The notes beneath the pieces are model-generated. The model did no database searches and was not told the DNA's origin. It worked only from the letters and a program-made list of their open reading frames with translations. Made by a program: the position numbers and the translations under genes. DNA of 32,000 nt from Candidatus Electronema aureum (lineage in GTDB: Bacteria > Desulfobacterota > Desulfobulbia > Desulfobulbales > Desulfobulbaceae). Positions 1 through 9,015 of the stretch are shown here, piece by piece (the first letter of the stretch is position 1; each line of letters opens with the position of its first letter). The stretch covers positions 1-32,000 of the forward strand of contig NQJD01000014.1 in assembly GCA_004284765.1 (NCBI GenBank), read 5' to 3'.

Positions 1-187
1 AGTATGCGAAGATGTCCTTATCACATTCGAGTTTGAAATACTCGCCGCAGATTTCCATAGTGATGACTTCTTCATCTGTTAAGGCAGGGTTAAATCCGCC
101 CCGCCGCAGCCGACATTGCTGCCTGATGACACCGTATTGTTCACAGACAAGCAGAAAGACAGCAATAACAAAATCGTCTCGATCCAT
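1..187 (-). CDS. DDE transposase, N-terminal fragment (gene continues past the left window edge); IS982/IS4-superfamily-like
   Basis: The ORF is open-ended, so it is absent from the ORF track. My translation of the minus strand from the ATG at 185-187 is MDRDDFVIAVFLLVCEQYGVIRQQCRLRRGGFNPALTDEEVITMEICGEYFKLECDKDIFAY... An AAGGAG lies 7 nt upstream. The ...RGFxPxL[ST]DEEVITMEI.GE... pattern is what I recall from N-termini of IS982-type DDE transposases. The family call is from memory only. Confidence 0.5.
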   Translation of the reverse strand, partial: MDRDDFVIAVFLLVCEQYGVIRQQCRLRRGGFNPALTDEEVITMEICGEYFKLECDKDIFAY

Positions 188-321
188 TGGCGCACTCCTT
201 GTGAATAGGGCTTAGATACCAATATTCTACAGGATGCGCCCAATGGATCGGGCATCTTTTTTAAGAGTTGCACATTAGGTGAGACTTCTATATTTTCCCG
301 GAACTGTCAAACTTCGGGAGT

Positions 322-340
322 CCCCCGGCAGAGCCGGGGG
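322..340. other. GC-rich hairpin CCCCCGGC-aga-GCCGGGGG, followed on the plus strand by TTTACTTGTTT
   Basis: A perfect 8-bp inverted repeat read directly from the sequence. It lies between the Uma2 ORF and the transposase start. It could be a terminator or an IS-end structure; the function is not established. Confidence 0.35.
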
Positions 341-441
341 TTTACTTGTTTAAATTATAACTGTAAGTTCTCTAAATAACCGTCCCAGTCCTCGCAGTAT
401 CGATTTACGATTTCCAATGCAGCTTCGATAGACGTAGCGAT

Positions 442-915
442 TCAAGAAATAACTCTGATCTTGTTTGGAAAGGAGAACACCAACTCAGATTTTGCTAACT
501 CTCCATAGCTTGAGAAAAAATTAACATTTCCATCTTCATCGCATATCCAACATTCTATGGCACCTGCTGAAAAATAAAGTTGCCTTTTCTCTTCCATTTC
601 ATATTTTGTGTTGCTTGAAGATACGACTTCTATGCAAATTTCAGGGGCAATTGAGCATTCTGTTTCACGCTCAATAATCTTGAAGCGTTGTTCCGAACAC
701 CAAGCAATATCTGCTACTTTCGTTCCTTTCTTTGTTTGAATGGCACATTCAGGAAGAACGATCCCATGCTCTGGCAATAATCGGGAAATTTTCCCTTGAA
801 ATGCTGAATGATATATCTTAACTGGAGACATGACGATTTGCCCGATTTCGTTCAGTTCGATCTTGAAAGGCAAGTTCTGCAAACTTGGATGATCGCACAC
901 TTCTTGCCACTGCAT
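442..915 (-). CDS. Uma2 family (DUF820) restriction-endonuclease-like protein
   Basis: This is ORF 442..987. The likely true start is the internal ATG at 915 (MQWQEVCDH...). Supporting motifs are FKIELNEIGQIVMSP, KVADIAWC and APEICIEVVSSSN...EMEEKRQLYFSAGAIECWICD, which match the PD-(D/E)xK-like Uma2 pattern as I remember it. The segment is AT-rich relative to its neighbours. Confidence 0.6.
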   Translation of the reverse strand: MQWQEVCDHPSLQNLPFKIELNEIGQIVMSPVKIYHSAFQGKISRLLPEHGIVLPECAIQTKKGTKVADIAWCSEQRFKIIERETECSIAPEICIEVVSSSNTKYEMEEKRQLYFSAGAIECWICDEDGNVNFFSSYGELAKSELVFSFPNKIRVIS

Positions 916-1035
916 AGTATAATACCCTATTAAATGATCGTCGTGATCGGCAAACAGTCCAGGCAAGCTATTCCGCCGCCGCCTCATGCTACTCGAGCAT
1001 TTTCTCTTTTCGGTCGGGACGGAATAACTGACTAC

Positions 1036-2043
1036 TCAGAACTGCCGGAGAAAGCGCAAATCGTTCTCGTAATAAAGGCGGATGTCGTCAATGCCGTATT
1101 TGAGCATGGCGATGCGCTCCACGCCGAGGCCGAAGGCGAAGCCGGAGAACTTCTCTGGGTCGTAGCCGACCATCTTCATCACCGCTGGGTCAATCATGCC
1201 CGCGCCGAGGATTTCCAGCCAGCCAGTCTGCTTGCAGACCCGGCAGCCGCTGCCCTTGCAGATCACGCAGGCAATATCAACTTCCGCGCTGGGTTCGGTA
1301 AAGGGAAAAAAGCTGGGCCGGAAGCGCAGGGGCAGGTCGCCTTGGAAAATGCGGCGGGTGAAAAGCGTCAGCACCCCTTTCAGATCGGCGAAGGAAACTT
1401 GGCGGTCCACCAAGAAGCCCTCGACCTGATGGAACATCGGGGTGTGGGTGATGTCGGAATCGCAGCGATAGACCTTGCCTGGTGCGATATAGCGCAGAGG
1501 CGGTTCCTGCTTCTCCATGATCCGCGCCTGCATCGGCGAGGTATGAGTGCGGAGCAAAATGGAATCAGAGACATAGAAGGTGTCGTGCATGTCTCTGGCC
1601 GGATGATGGGCCGGAATGTTGAGTGCCTCGAAGTTGTAATGGTCGGTCTCAACGTCCGGGCCTTCAGCCACGGCAAAGCCCATCCCCTCGAAGACGGCGC
1701 AGATTTCCTCCATCACCTGAGTGACGGGATGGAGTTTGCCGGAGGGAATGAAGCGGCCCGGCAGGCTGAGGTCAAGCTGCTGCTTGACCGTTTGCGAGCC
1801 TGCTTCCAGAGCCTCTTTCTTGGCCTGAAAGAGACGTTCCACGTCCTGCTTGACCGTATTAGCTAACTGACCCAAGCGAGGCCGGTCTTCTGGCGCGGCC
1901 TGAGCAAGCTGCTTCATAGCATTAGCCAGCAGACCTTTCCGGCCCAGATACTTGACCCGAACTTCCTCCAGCCCGACTTGATCGCTGACTGAATGCAGAG
2001 ATGCTTCGGCCTCAGCCTTCAGTCCCCGCAGCACCTCTTCCAT
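1036..2043 (-). CDS. pheS: phenylalanine--tRNA ligase alpha subunit
   Basis: 335 aa. Class II aaRS motifs are present: [16 protein letters not shown] and [32 protein letters not shown]. The gene sits in the conserved rplT-pheS position. Confidence 0.95.
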   Translation of the reverse strand: MEEVLRGLKAEAEASLHSVSDQVGLEEVRVKYLGRKGLLANAMKQLAQAAPEDRPRLGQLANTVKQDVERLFQAKKEALEAGSQTVKQQLDLSLPGRFIPSGKLHPVTQVMEEICAVFEGMGFAVAEGPDVETDHYNFEALNIPAHHPARDMHDTFYVSDSILLRTHTSPMQARIMEKQEPPLRYIAPGKVYRCDSDITHTPMFHQVEGFLVDRQVSFADLKGVLTLFTRRIFQGDLPLRFRPSFFPFTEPSAEVDIACVICKGSGCRVCKQTGWLEILGAGMIDPAVMKMVGYDPEKFSGFAFGLGVERIAMLKYGIDDIRLYYENDLRFLRQF

Positions 2044-2045
2044 GT

Positions 2046-2399
2046 TTACGCGGAAGGTTGGGCAGCTTTAACGACCGCACCAAAGGCTGACGGATCAACA
2101 ATTGCCAGATTGGACAGTACCTTGCGGTCCAGCTCAATCCCTGCCAGGCCCAAGCCATGAATCAACTTGCTGTAGCTGATACCGTTCAGCTTGGCGGCGG
2201 CACTGATGCGGGTGATCCATAGGGCGCGGAAATTACGCTTATTGGTGCGCCGGTCGCGGTAGGCGTAGCAAAGAGCGCGATCAACGGCCTCAGCAGCGGT
2301 ACGGAACAGACGGCTTCTGCCGCCACGGAATCCTTTGGCTAAGGTCAGAACTTTATTTCTTCTGCGGCGGGCCTTAAACCCGCGTGTGGCGCGTGGCAT
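2046..2399 (-). CDS. rplT: 50S ribosomal protein L20
   Basis: 117 aa. The sequence [35 protein letters not shown]... is a typical L20. Confidence 0.95.
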   Translation of the reverse strand: MPRATRGFKARRRRNKVLTLAKGFRGGRSRLFRTAAEAVDRALCYAYRDRRTNKRNFRALWITRISAAAKLNGISYSKLIHGLGLAGIELDRKVLSNLAIVDPSAFGAVVKAAQPSA

Positions 2400-2447
2400 A
2401 GTAATTGCACTCCGTTATTGTGTTGCTAAAAATTCTTCAAAAACTGT

Positions 2448-2645
2448 TTACAGATAAGGCAGCATCCGCCGTACGTTTTTGGTATCTACCGCATCTAAGA
2501 TGCCGTTCTGCCGAATCCGCCGCTTCCGCTTCGTGCTTTTTGAAGTCAGGATGTGAGAGCCAAAGGCTTTACCGTGGCGGACTTTACCAGTGGCGGTCAG
2601 CTTGAATCGTTTTGCCGCTCCTCGGTGGGTTTTCATTTTAGGCAT
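2448..2645 (-). CDS. rpmI: 50S ribosomal protein L35
   Basis: 65 aa. The sequence [22 protein letters not shown]... is a typical L35. Confidence 0.95.
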   Translation of the reverse strand: MPKMKTHRGAAKRFKLTATGKVRHGKAFGSHILTSKSTKRKRRIRQNGILDAVDTKNVRRMLPYL

Positions 2646-2715
2646 AATCTTCTCCTTGTATGATGCAGGCTACAACGCCTGCGCTCGGATGGTTGCTGTT
2701 TTTACTCAATAACGC

Positions 2716-3264
2716 TCAGGGTTTTGGCCCAACAAACATAATCATGAACCGCCCTTCCATTGTTGGTTCCTGAAGGATGGCACAATCTTCTCGCAGGGCA
2801 TCAGCGATTTTTTTAATCGCCTCCATGCCCACGGTTTGGGCATGAACAATCTCCCGGCCCCGAAACTGCATGGTTATTTTGACCTTGCTTTTCTTTTCAA
2901 CAAATTTCAGGATGTTCTTAATCTTGAAATCCAAATCGTGTTCTTCAGTTTTGGGCCGAAACTTCACTTCTTTGGTTTCGATGACCGTTTGCTTCTTTTT
3001 CGCTTCCTGCTGCTTTTTCTTCAGCTCGTAGCGATATTTGTCGAAATTCATCACCCGGCAGACCGGCGGGCTGGCCTTGTCTGAAATTTCAACTAAATCT
3101 AAGCCCTGCTCCAAGGCCATCTGGCGGGCTTTCGCCGAGGACATCACGCCGAGCTGCTCGCCCTCCGGCCCAAGCAGCCGGACTTCAGGATAGCGGATGT
3201 CGTCGTTGATTCTGACTTTAATTTCCTGCTGCGAACCTTTTTTGGGCTTCCGTTTGTTATCCAT
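2716..3264 (-). CDS. infC: translation initiation factor IF-3
   Basis: 182 aa. The RINDDIRYPEVRLLGPEGEQLGV motif is present, along with the C-terminal domain EVKFRPKTEEHDLDFK. The start codon at 3262-3264 is ATG. Confidence 0.9.
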   Translation of the reverse strand: MDNKRKPKKGSQQEIKVRINDDIRYPEVRLLGPEGEQLGVMSSAKARQMALEQGLDLVEISDKASPPVCRVMNFDKYRYELKKKQQEAKKKQTVIETKEVKFRPKTEEHDLDFKIKNILKFVEKKSKVKITMQFRGREIVHAQTVGMEAIKKIADALREDCAILQEPTMEGRFMIMFVGPKP

Positions 3265-3276
3265 TATCTCCGTCTG

Positions 3277-5211
3277 TCAGACTGCTCGTTCTTCGCATTC
3301 CCGGCGCACCAAGGCCGAGAACTCCTGCGGTGACATGGGCGGCAGGTTTTCACCGCTGCGTTTGCGCACCGTGATCATGCCGTCCTGCATCTCCCGGTCG
3401 CCAGCGATCAGCATGTACGGCACCTTCATCAGCTGGGCCTCCCGGATTTTGTAATTGAGCTTTTCGTTGCGCAGGTCGGCCTCGACACGGATGCCCGCCT
3501 TGCGCAGCTCGGCCAGCACCTTGCCGCAATACTCGCCTTGGCTATCGGTAATGTTGAGTATCCGGGCCTGCTCCGGGGCCAACCAGAGCGGGAAGGCTCC
3601 GGCGTAATGCTCAATCAACACCCCGATAAAACGCTCCAGCGAACCCATCAAGGCGCGGTGGATCATGATCGGCTGATGCTCCGCGCCATCCTGTCCGGCA
3701 TAGCTCATACCGAAGCGTTCCGGCAGGTTGAAGTCCACCTGAATGGTGGAACACTGCCACGAGCGACCGAGCTGGTCTTTGATCTTGATGTCAATTTTCG
3801 GGCCGTAGAACACGCCCTCGCCAGGATCAATGGAATACGCCAAACCCTTTTTGTCCATCGCCTGCTGGAGTGCCCGCGTGGCCAGCTCCCAATTTTCATC
3901 GCTGCCAACGTATTTGGCCGGACGGGTCGAGAGATAAACATCATATTCGCTGAAGCCGAAGGTCTTGAGGACGTGCAGGTTCAGGTCAATGATGTTGAAA
4001 ATTTCCTCTTCAAGCTGATCAGGGCGGCAGAAAATATGCGCATCATCCTGCGTGAAGCCGCGCACCCGCATCAGGCCGTGCAGCGCACCTGCCCGCTCGT
4101 AGCGATAGACCGTGCCCAGCTCGCACCAGCGGATGGGAAACTCGCGGTAGCTGTGCGGCTCGGATTTATACACCCCGATGTGGAAGGGGCAGTTCATCGG
4201 CTTGAGCTGATAGGCGACCTCGTCAATGTCCATTGCCGCATACATGTTCTCGGCATAGAAATCCAAGTGCCCGGAGGTCTTCCATAAATCTTGGCGGGCG
4301 ATGTGCGGGGTGCAGACGAGCTGGTAGCCGTTTTGGTAATGGGCATCCTTCCAGTAATCCTCGATCAGCCGCCGCAGCAATGCGCCGCGTGGCTGCCAAA
4401 GAATCAAGCCCGGCCCGATCTCATCCTGAATGGTGAAGAGCTTCAGTTCCTTGCCCAGCTTGCGGTGATCGCGCCGCTTGGCCTCTTCAATTCGCTCCAG
4501 ATACTGCTTCAGCTCTTTCGGATCAAAAAAGGCAGTGCCGTAAATTCTGGTCAGCATGGGGTTCTTTTCATCGCCCCGCCAGTAAGAACCAGCTACGCGC
4601 AACAGCTTAAAACTTTTCAGCCAGGAGGTGTCGGGAATGTGCGGCCCCCGACAGAGATCAATGAACTCGCCCTGCTGGTAGAGAGAGACAACTGTCTCAC
4701 CCTTTGCCTCTAAATCTTTGATCAGCTCGACTTTGTAGGTTTCGTTTTGCTTGGCAAAGAAATCAACCGCCTCAGCAATCGGCAATTCGCGGCGTGAGAA
4801 AGACAGAGCAGCTTTAACGATGGCCGTCATCTTTTCTTCAATAGCTGCAAAATCGTCTGGGGTGAAGGCAGGTTGCCGATCAAAATCGTAATAGTAGCCG
4901 TCCTCGATAGCCGGGCCAATGGTAACTTTTACATCTTGGCCAAATAGCTCTTTGACTGCCTGCGCCATGATATGGGCTGCCGAATGGCGCAGGATATGCA
5001 GAGCTTCTTCCGACTCAGCAAAGATCAGCTCCAGCGCGGCATCTTCGCGCAACGGTGCGGACAAATCAAGCACCTTACCATTACAGCGCACCGCGATAGA
5101 TTGCTTGCGCTGCTTGCCAGAGACCAGCTCTTTGAGCGCGTCCTGGGCAGCAATGCCGACCGGAAAGGTTTTCGCTTCGCTGCCGGATATCGAGACTGCA
5201 ATCGAGGTCAT
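3277..5211 (-). CDS. thrS: threonine--tRNA ligase
   Basis: The track ORF starts at a TTG (5229); the ATG at 5211 (MTSIAVSISG...) is more plausible. The protein has an N-terminal TGS-like region, class II motifs (FRVRGFTQDDAHIFC, YGPKIDIKIKD) and a C-terminal anticodon-binding domain. Confidence 0.95.
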   Translation of the reverse strand: MTSIAVSISGSEAKTFPVGIAAQDALKELVSGKQRKQSIAVRCNGKVLDLSAPLREDAALELIFAESEEALHILRHSAAHIMAQAVKELFGQDVKVTIGPAIEDGYYYDFDRQPAFTPDDFAAIEEKMTAIVKAALSFSRRELPIAEAVDFFAKQNETYKVELIKDLEAKGETVVSLYQQGEFIDLCRGPHIPDTSWLKSFKLLRVAGSYWRGDEKNPMLTRIYGTAFFDPKELKQYLERIEEAKRRDHRKLGKELKLFTIQDEIGPGLILWQPRGALLRRLIEDYWKDAHYQNGYQLVCTPHIARQDLWKTSGHLDFYAENMYAAMDIDEVAYQLKPMNCPFHIGVYKSEPHSYREFPIRWCELGTVYRYERAGALHGLMRVRGFTQDDAHIFCRPDQLEEEIFNIIDLNLHVLKTFGFSEYDVYLSTRPAKYVGSDENWELATRALQQAMDKKGLAYSIDPGEGVFYGPKIDIKIKDQLGRSWQCSTIQVDFNLPERFGMSYAGQDGAEHQPIMIHRALMGSLERFIGVLIEHYAGAFPLWLAPEQARILNITDSQGEYCGKVLAELRKAGIRVEADLRNEKLNYKIREAQLMKVPYMLIAGDREMQDGMITVRKRSGENLPPMSPQEFSALVRRECEERAV

Positions 5212-5234
5212 GCTTCCTGCCGATAACAAACTGT

Positions 5235-5299
5235 AAAAAGGAAATCAAAAAAGGAAAGGCTAACAAGCCAGACGCTGTTTCATCTGACTTTTAGCCTTT
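5235..5299 (-). terminator. Intrinsic terminator between tRNA-Val and thrS
   Basis: Minus-strand reading: AAAGGCTAAAAGTCAGA-TGAAACAGCG-TCTGGCTT(G)TTAGCCTTT. This is a 17-bp stem with one bulged G, followed by CCTTTTTTGATTTCCTTTTT. Confidence 0.6.
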
Positions 5300-5319
5300 A
5301 TATCCTATTGCTTAAAAAT

Positions 5320-5394
5320 TGGTAGGCACGGGCGGTTTCGAACCGCCGACTTCTACCGTGTCAGGGTAGCGCTCTCCCACTGAGCTACGTGCCT
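5320..5394 (-). tRNA. tRNA-Val(GAC): tRNA-Val, anticodon GAC, with encoded CCA
   Basis: Folded by hand as AGGCACG-TA-GCTC-AGTGGGA-GAGC-G-CTACC-CTGACAC-GGTAG-AAGTC-GGCGG-TTCGAAA-CCGCC-CGTGCCT-A-CCA, 75 nt. All four stems pair, and the anticodon loop is C-U-GAC-A-C. Confidence 0.9.
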
Positions 5395-5579
5395 GCTGCA
5401 AGATTTTTCTCTATTGTTTCTCAAAAACGTGCTGACTGTCAGACTCACCACGCTCTCATAAGCGTTGGAGCATATTACGCCATCGAAAACAGAATGTCAA
5501 TTACCAATAAACCGGGGTGCCTGTCAAGGAAAATAAGAGCAGATGCGCTTCATTTTCTGGCAGCAAGGAGGTCTCGTGG

Positions 5580-5663
5580 ATGTATTTATTTGTTGCGATG
5601 AGCAGTTACTCAATCTCTGCTCTGCAATTTTATGCTGAAACATTGATGACAGAACTCGTTTAA
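5580..5663 (+). CDS. Possible 27-aa small ORF (MYLFVAMSSYSISALQFYAETLMTELV)
   Basis: A perfect Shine-Dalgarno AAGGAGG at 5565-5571 lies 8 nt before the ATG at 5580. The ORF sits in the 350-bp gap upstream of the rhomboid gene. There is no homology evidence. Confidence 0.2.
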   Translation: MYLFVAMSSYSISALQFYAETLMTELV

Positions 5664-5752
5664 CTCTCCAAAATTGCAAACAGTTGACGTATTCAGGAAC
5701 ATGTCTTGCCTTCCCCTTGACCATTCTCTTCGCCGCACTTACTGTATGACGG

Positions 5753-6709
5753 ATGAACCAGAACGATTCTGCCGGACAATCCGGTGGCACAGCTGAGGTA
5801 GAGCTTGCCGATCCTTGGGTTTTGGCCGCCAAAGTCGATGCAGCTGATCTGCACGATCTTTCTTTAGTGCTGAGTGCGGTCGGCATTGATCATCAGCTCG
5901 ACCGTCGCAGCGGGGTCATCACAGTTCGCCGCAGCCGCAGCGAACGAGCTATGTTTGAGCTGCGGACCTTCCGCGAGGAAAACCACAATTGGCCGCCGCC
6001 AGATGTCCTTCCTCCTCCCTTTGTTCGCACCGGTAGCCTGCCCACTCTATTGATGTTCGTCAGCCTGATCTTGTTCCACGCCATCACCGGCTCTTGGCTA
6101 TCTGATAATCCTTGGTTCCAAGCCGGAGCCGTGAGTAGCCAAGCCATTCTGGAGCAGAGCCAGTGGTGGCGGTTGCTCACCGCCCTCACGCTTCATGCTG
6201 ACCAAGGCCATTTAGTCGGCAACTGCGTGATCGGTGGGGTTATGGTGCATCTGCTTTGCAAAACCATCGGCTCAGGCACAGCTTGGTTGGCCATGTTGCT
6301 CTCTGCCTGCCTTGCCAACTACCTTAACATCGCTTTGCGCGTTGATTCTCACTATTCGGTGGGCTTCTCCACGGCTGTTTTCGCGGCCATCGGCATCTTC
6401 TGCGGGCGGCAGCTTCTTGGTGGTTCCTTGATTCGTCAGCTGATTGTACCGATAGGAGCCGGGGTTGGTCTTCTTGCGATGCTCGGCAGTGGCAACGAAG
6501 GCGGGCGAACCGACCTCGGTGCGCATCTTTTTGGGTTGATCTGCGGATTAGCCTGCGGCCTGCTGCTCCAGCGAGCAGGGTTAGATGAGCAAGGCGACCG
6601 CAGCAACCTCCAGAAGACGCTCTTTGCCGCTGCCCTCGTGCTGATTACCGTCTGCTGGCTGCTGGCTATCGGAGCAGCAGGGCCGCAGGAATTCAGAAAA
6701 TACTTGTAA
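5753..6709 (+). CDS. rhomboid family intramembrane serine protease
   Basis: 318 aa. A soluble N-terminal domain is followed by about 6 TM segments. Rhomboid signatures are WRLLTALTLHADQGHLVGN, the catalytic-Ser motif GFSTAVFAAIG and the catalytic-His motif GAHLFGLICG. Confidence 0.8.
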   Translation: MNQNDSAGQSGGTAEVELADPWVLAAKVDAADLHDLSLVLSAVGIDHQLDRRSGVITVRRSRSERAMFELRTFREENHNWPPPDVLPPPFVRTGSLPTLLMFVSLILFHAITGSWLSDNPWFQAGAVSSQAILEQSQWWRLLTALTLHADQGHLVGNCVIGGVMVHLLCKTIGSGTAWLAMLLSACLANYLNIALRVDSHYSVGFSTAVFAAIGIFCGRQLLGGSLIRQLIVPIGAGVGLLAMLGSGNEGGRTDLGAHLFGLICGLACGLLLQRAGLDEQGDRSNLQKTLFAAALVLITVCWLLAIGAAGPQEFRKYL

Positions 6710-6794
6710 GACAGGCCAGTACAGTTTTAAATAGGCTAGCATCCGCAAATCCGAACATTTTCATCCGTCAATATCACATCAGACAAGGTAAACT

Positions 6795-7916
6795 ATGCCC
6801 ATGAGTGAGAATTCCCCCTGGGGAAAGAAGAAAAAACCGGCATCGCCCGAAGATTTTTTGGCTGATCTCATCCAGAAAATCCGCGATTTCTTCGAGGAGC
6901 AAAGCAAAAAGAAGGCCAAGAAGGAACCTACTCCTGAGGGCGACGGCTTCGACGGGCAGAAATTTCTCGCCGGAGCAGGCAAGATCGGGCTGATCATTGC
7001 CGCGATCGTGCTGCTGCGCGGGGTCTTCGCCTGCTTCTACACCCTCCAGCCCGGCGAGCAGGGCATTGTCCTCCGTTTTGGCAGCTATAATCGCACCGCT
7101 GATTCTGGTCTCAACTTCAAGATTCCCTACATGGAAGAGATGATCCGGGTCGATGTGGAAACCGTGCGCAAAGAGGAATTCGGCGTGCGGAAGACCACAG
7201 GCCATACCACGGACGACAGCGAGTCGCTGATGCTGACCGGCGACAAGAACGTGATTGATGTGGCCTGGATTGTTCAGTACAAGATCAGCGACCCGTTCAA
7301 GTTTGTCTTCAAGGTCAAAAACGTCGAGCAGGCGGTGCGCGACAACTCGGAAACCGTGATCCGGCGCATCGTTGGCAACATGGACTTCGACTACGTGCTG
7401 GGCAACCGCATCATGCTGGCGGACATGGGACGGCAGGAGCTGCAACGCGACCTCAACAAGCTGGAAACCGGCATCGACATTGTCACCTTGCAATTGCTGG
7501 ACATCACCCCGACAGACGAGGTCAAACCAGCCTTTAACGAGGTCAATGAAGCGGATCAGGACATGAAACGCTTGGTCAACGAGGCCGAAGAAACGTATAA
7601 CCGGGTCATTCCCAAGGCGCGCGGCTCGGCCTTGCAGACCATCGAAGAGGCGCGCGGCTATGCGGTACAGCGGGTCAACGATGCTAAAGGCGAGACCACC
7701 CGCTTCAAGGCGATTGCCGCCGAATACGCCAAGGCCAAAGATGTCACCCGGCAGCGCATGTACCTCGAAACCATGCAGAGCATCCTGCCCCAGGTGAAGC
7801 AGGTCTATGTCATGGACAGCAGCCGCCAATCCGTGCTGCCCTATCTCAACCTGAACGAGCCTAGCGCAGGCACTGCATCGCCGCTGCCGCCCGTTGACAA
7901 ACCTTTGAACCAATAA
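6795..7916 (+). CDS. hflK: FtsH protease modulator HflK (SPFH/band-7)
   Basis: 373 aa. The N-terminus NSPWGKKKKP... is followed by a TM segment and an SPFH domain (IVLRFGSYNRTADSGLNFKIPYMEE...). The partner gene hflC follows directly. Confidence 0.9.
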   Translation: MPMSENSPWGKKKKPASPEDFLADLIQKIRDFFEEQSKKKAKKEPTPEGDGFDGQKFLAGAGKIGLIIAAIVLLRGVFACFYTLQPGEQGIVLRFGSYNRTADSGLNFKIPYMEEMIRVDVETVRKEEFGVRKTTGHTTDDSESLMLTGDKNVIDVAWIVQYKISDPFKFVFKVKNVEQAVRDNSETVIRRIVGNMDFDYVLGNRIMLADMGRQELQRDLNKLETGIDIVTLQLLDITPTDEVKPAFNEVNEADQDMKRLVNEAEETYNRVIPKARGSALQTIEEARGYAVQRVNDAKGETTRFKAIAAEYAKAKDVTRQRMYLETMQSILPQVKQVYVMDSSRQSVLPYLNLNEPSAGTASPLPPVDKPLNQ

Positions 7917-7925
7917 CAGACCAGC

Positions 7926-8897
7926 ATGAACCAGCAGATTATGGAGTATCTCAAAAAGCCGCAGTTCCTGAATGGCCTCTACCTTCTGTTTGCCGCAGTC
8001 GCCGTGCTCATGATGCTCGACGGCTTTTATATTTTGCCTGAAAACAAGCAGGCGGTCATCACCCAGTTTGGTGCGCCGGTCGGTGAGCCGGTGATCAAGG
8101 CCGGGCTGAAGCTGAAAACGCCCTTCTTGCAGCGGGTGAGGCTCTTTGAGAAGCGGATTCTCATCTGGGACGGCGAGCCGAACCAAATCCCGACGAACGA
8201 CAAGACCTTCATTTACATGGACAACACCGCCCGCTGGCGGATCAAGGACGCGCTCCGTTTCCTCCAGGCAGCAGGCAGCGAGGAACGCGCCCAGACCCTG
8301 CTGAATGACATCATCAACGGTGCGGTGCGCGACATGGTCAATCAGAATGACCTCATCGAGATTATCCGTTCCTCAGACTGGAATCCGCAGTACGTTGTCG
8401 AGACTTCCTCGGCCAGCGACATGACAAAGAAACCCAAAATCGGTCGGGATAAAATCAGCAGGCTGGTTTTGCAGCAGGCATCCAAGGACGCGCTCAAATA
8501 CGGCATTGAGCTGATCGACGTGATGTTCAAGCGGGTGAATTATATCGACTCGGTGCGGGTAAAAGTATATACTCGGATGATCTCAGAGCGGAAGCGGATT
8601 GCCGCAGAGAAACGCTCAACCGGTGAAGGCCGCAAAGCGGAAATTCTCGGCAAGGTGGAGCGCGAGCTGAAGGAGATCACCTCGGAAGCCAAGCGGCAGG
8701 CCACGGAAATCCGGGGCAAGGCCGATGCAGAGGCATCGCGGCTGTACGGAGAGACCTACAGCAGCGATGCGGAGTTCTATTTCTTCCAGAAAAGCCTGGA
8801 AAGCTACCAGAGCATCATCGGCAGTAACACCTCGCTGGTGCTGTCACCCAAAGCAGACCTGTTCCGCTATTTAGAATCGCCTGCGGTGCGGCAATAA
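7926..8897 (+). CDS. hflC: FtsH protease modulator HflC (SPFH/band-7)
   Basis: 323 aa. It has an N-terminal TM segment, an SPFH domain and a coiled-coil region (RKRIAAEKRSTGEGRKAEILGKVERELKE). It starts 9 nt after hflK. Confidence 0.9.
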   Translation: MNQQIMEYLKKPQFLNGLYLLFAAVAVLMMLDGFYILPENKQAVITQFGAPVGEPVIKAGLKLKTPFLQRVRLFEKRILIWDGEPNQIPTNDKTFIYMDNTARWRIKDALRFLQAAGSEERAQTLLNDIINGAVRDMVNQNDLIEIIRSSDWNPQYVVETSSASDMTKKPKIGRDKISRLVLQQASKDALKYGIELIDVMFKRVNYIDSVRVKVYTRMISERKRIAAEKRSTGEGRKAEILGKVERELKEITSEAKRQATEIRGKADAEASRLYGETYSSDAEFYFFQKSLESYQSIIGSNTSLVLSPKADLFRYLESPAVRQ

Positions 8898-9015
8898 GTG
8901 CTGGGGCGTTGCGCAGAACCGGTCTGAAAATCAGCTGAACAGCCTGAGCGGGCTGATGAACAGAGTCTCGCTCTCCGAAAAACTGATCCCGGCATCTGTT
9001 CAACCGATCCCGCGA

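Noticed and set aside
355-444. The Uma2 ORF stops at a TGA (442-444), and the frame then stays open for 28 more codons (IATSIEAALEIVNRYCEDWDGYLENLQL). This raised the question of read-through or selenocysteine.
   Set aside because: Uma2 proteins of about 160-190 aa are already complete at this stop. There is no SECIS-like hairpin directly after the TGA, and 28 open codons is within chance expectation.
934-1866. A 310-aa plus-strand ORF opposite pheS. Similar ORFs are 3538..4287 opposite thrS and 26227..27078 opposite the intein.
   Set aside because: All are antisense shadows of confidently identified genes, and none has a family-like motif.
5212-5319. Whether the thrS leader is a T-box riboswitch.
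   Set aside because: The leader between the tRNA and thrS is only about 110 nt. It lacks the conserved T-box sequence (AGGGUGGNACCGCG-like) and the specifier-loop architecture. Only the terminator hairpin is present.
6774-8186. A 470-aa minus-strand ORF overlapping hflK and the start of hflC.
   Set aside because: It is a shadow ORF of a GC-rich coding region. The translation is R/L/G/H-rich with no recognisable motifs, while the plus-strand frames encode textbook HflK and HflC.
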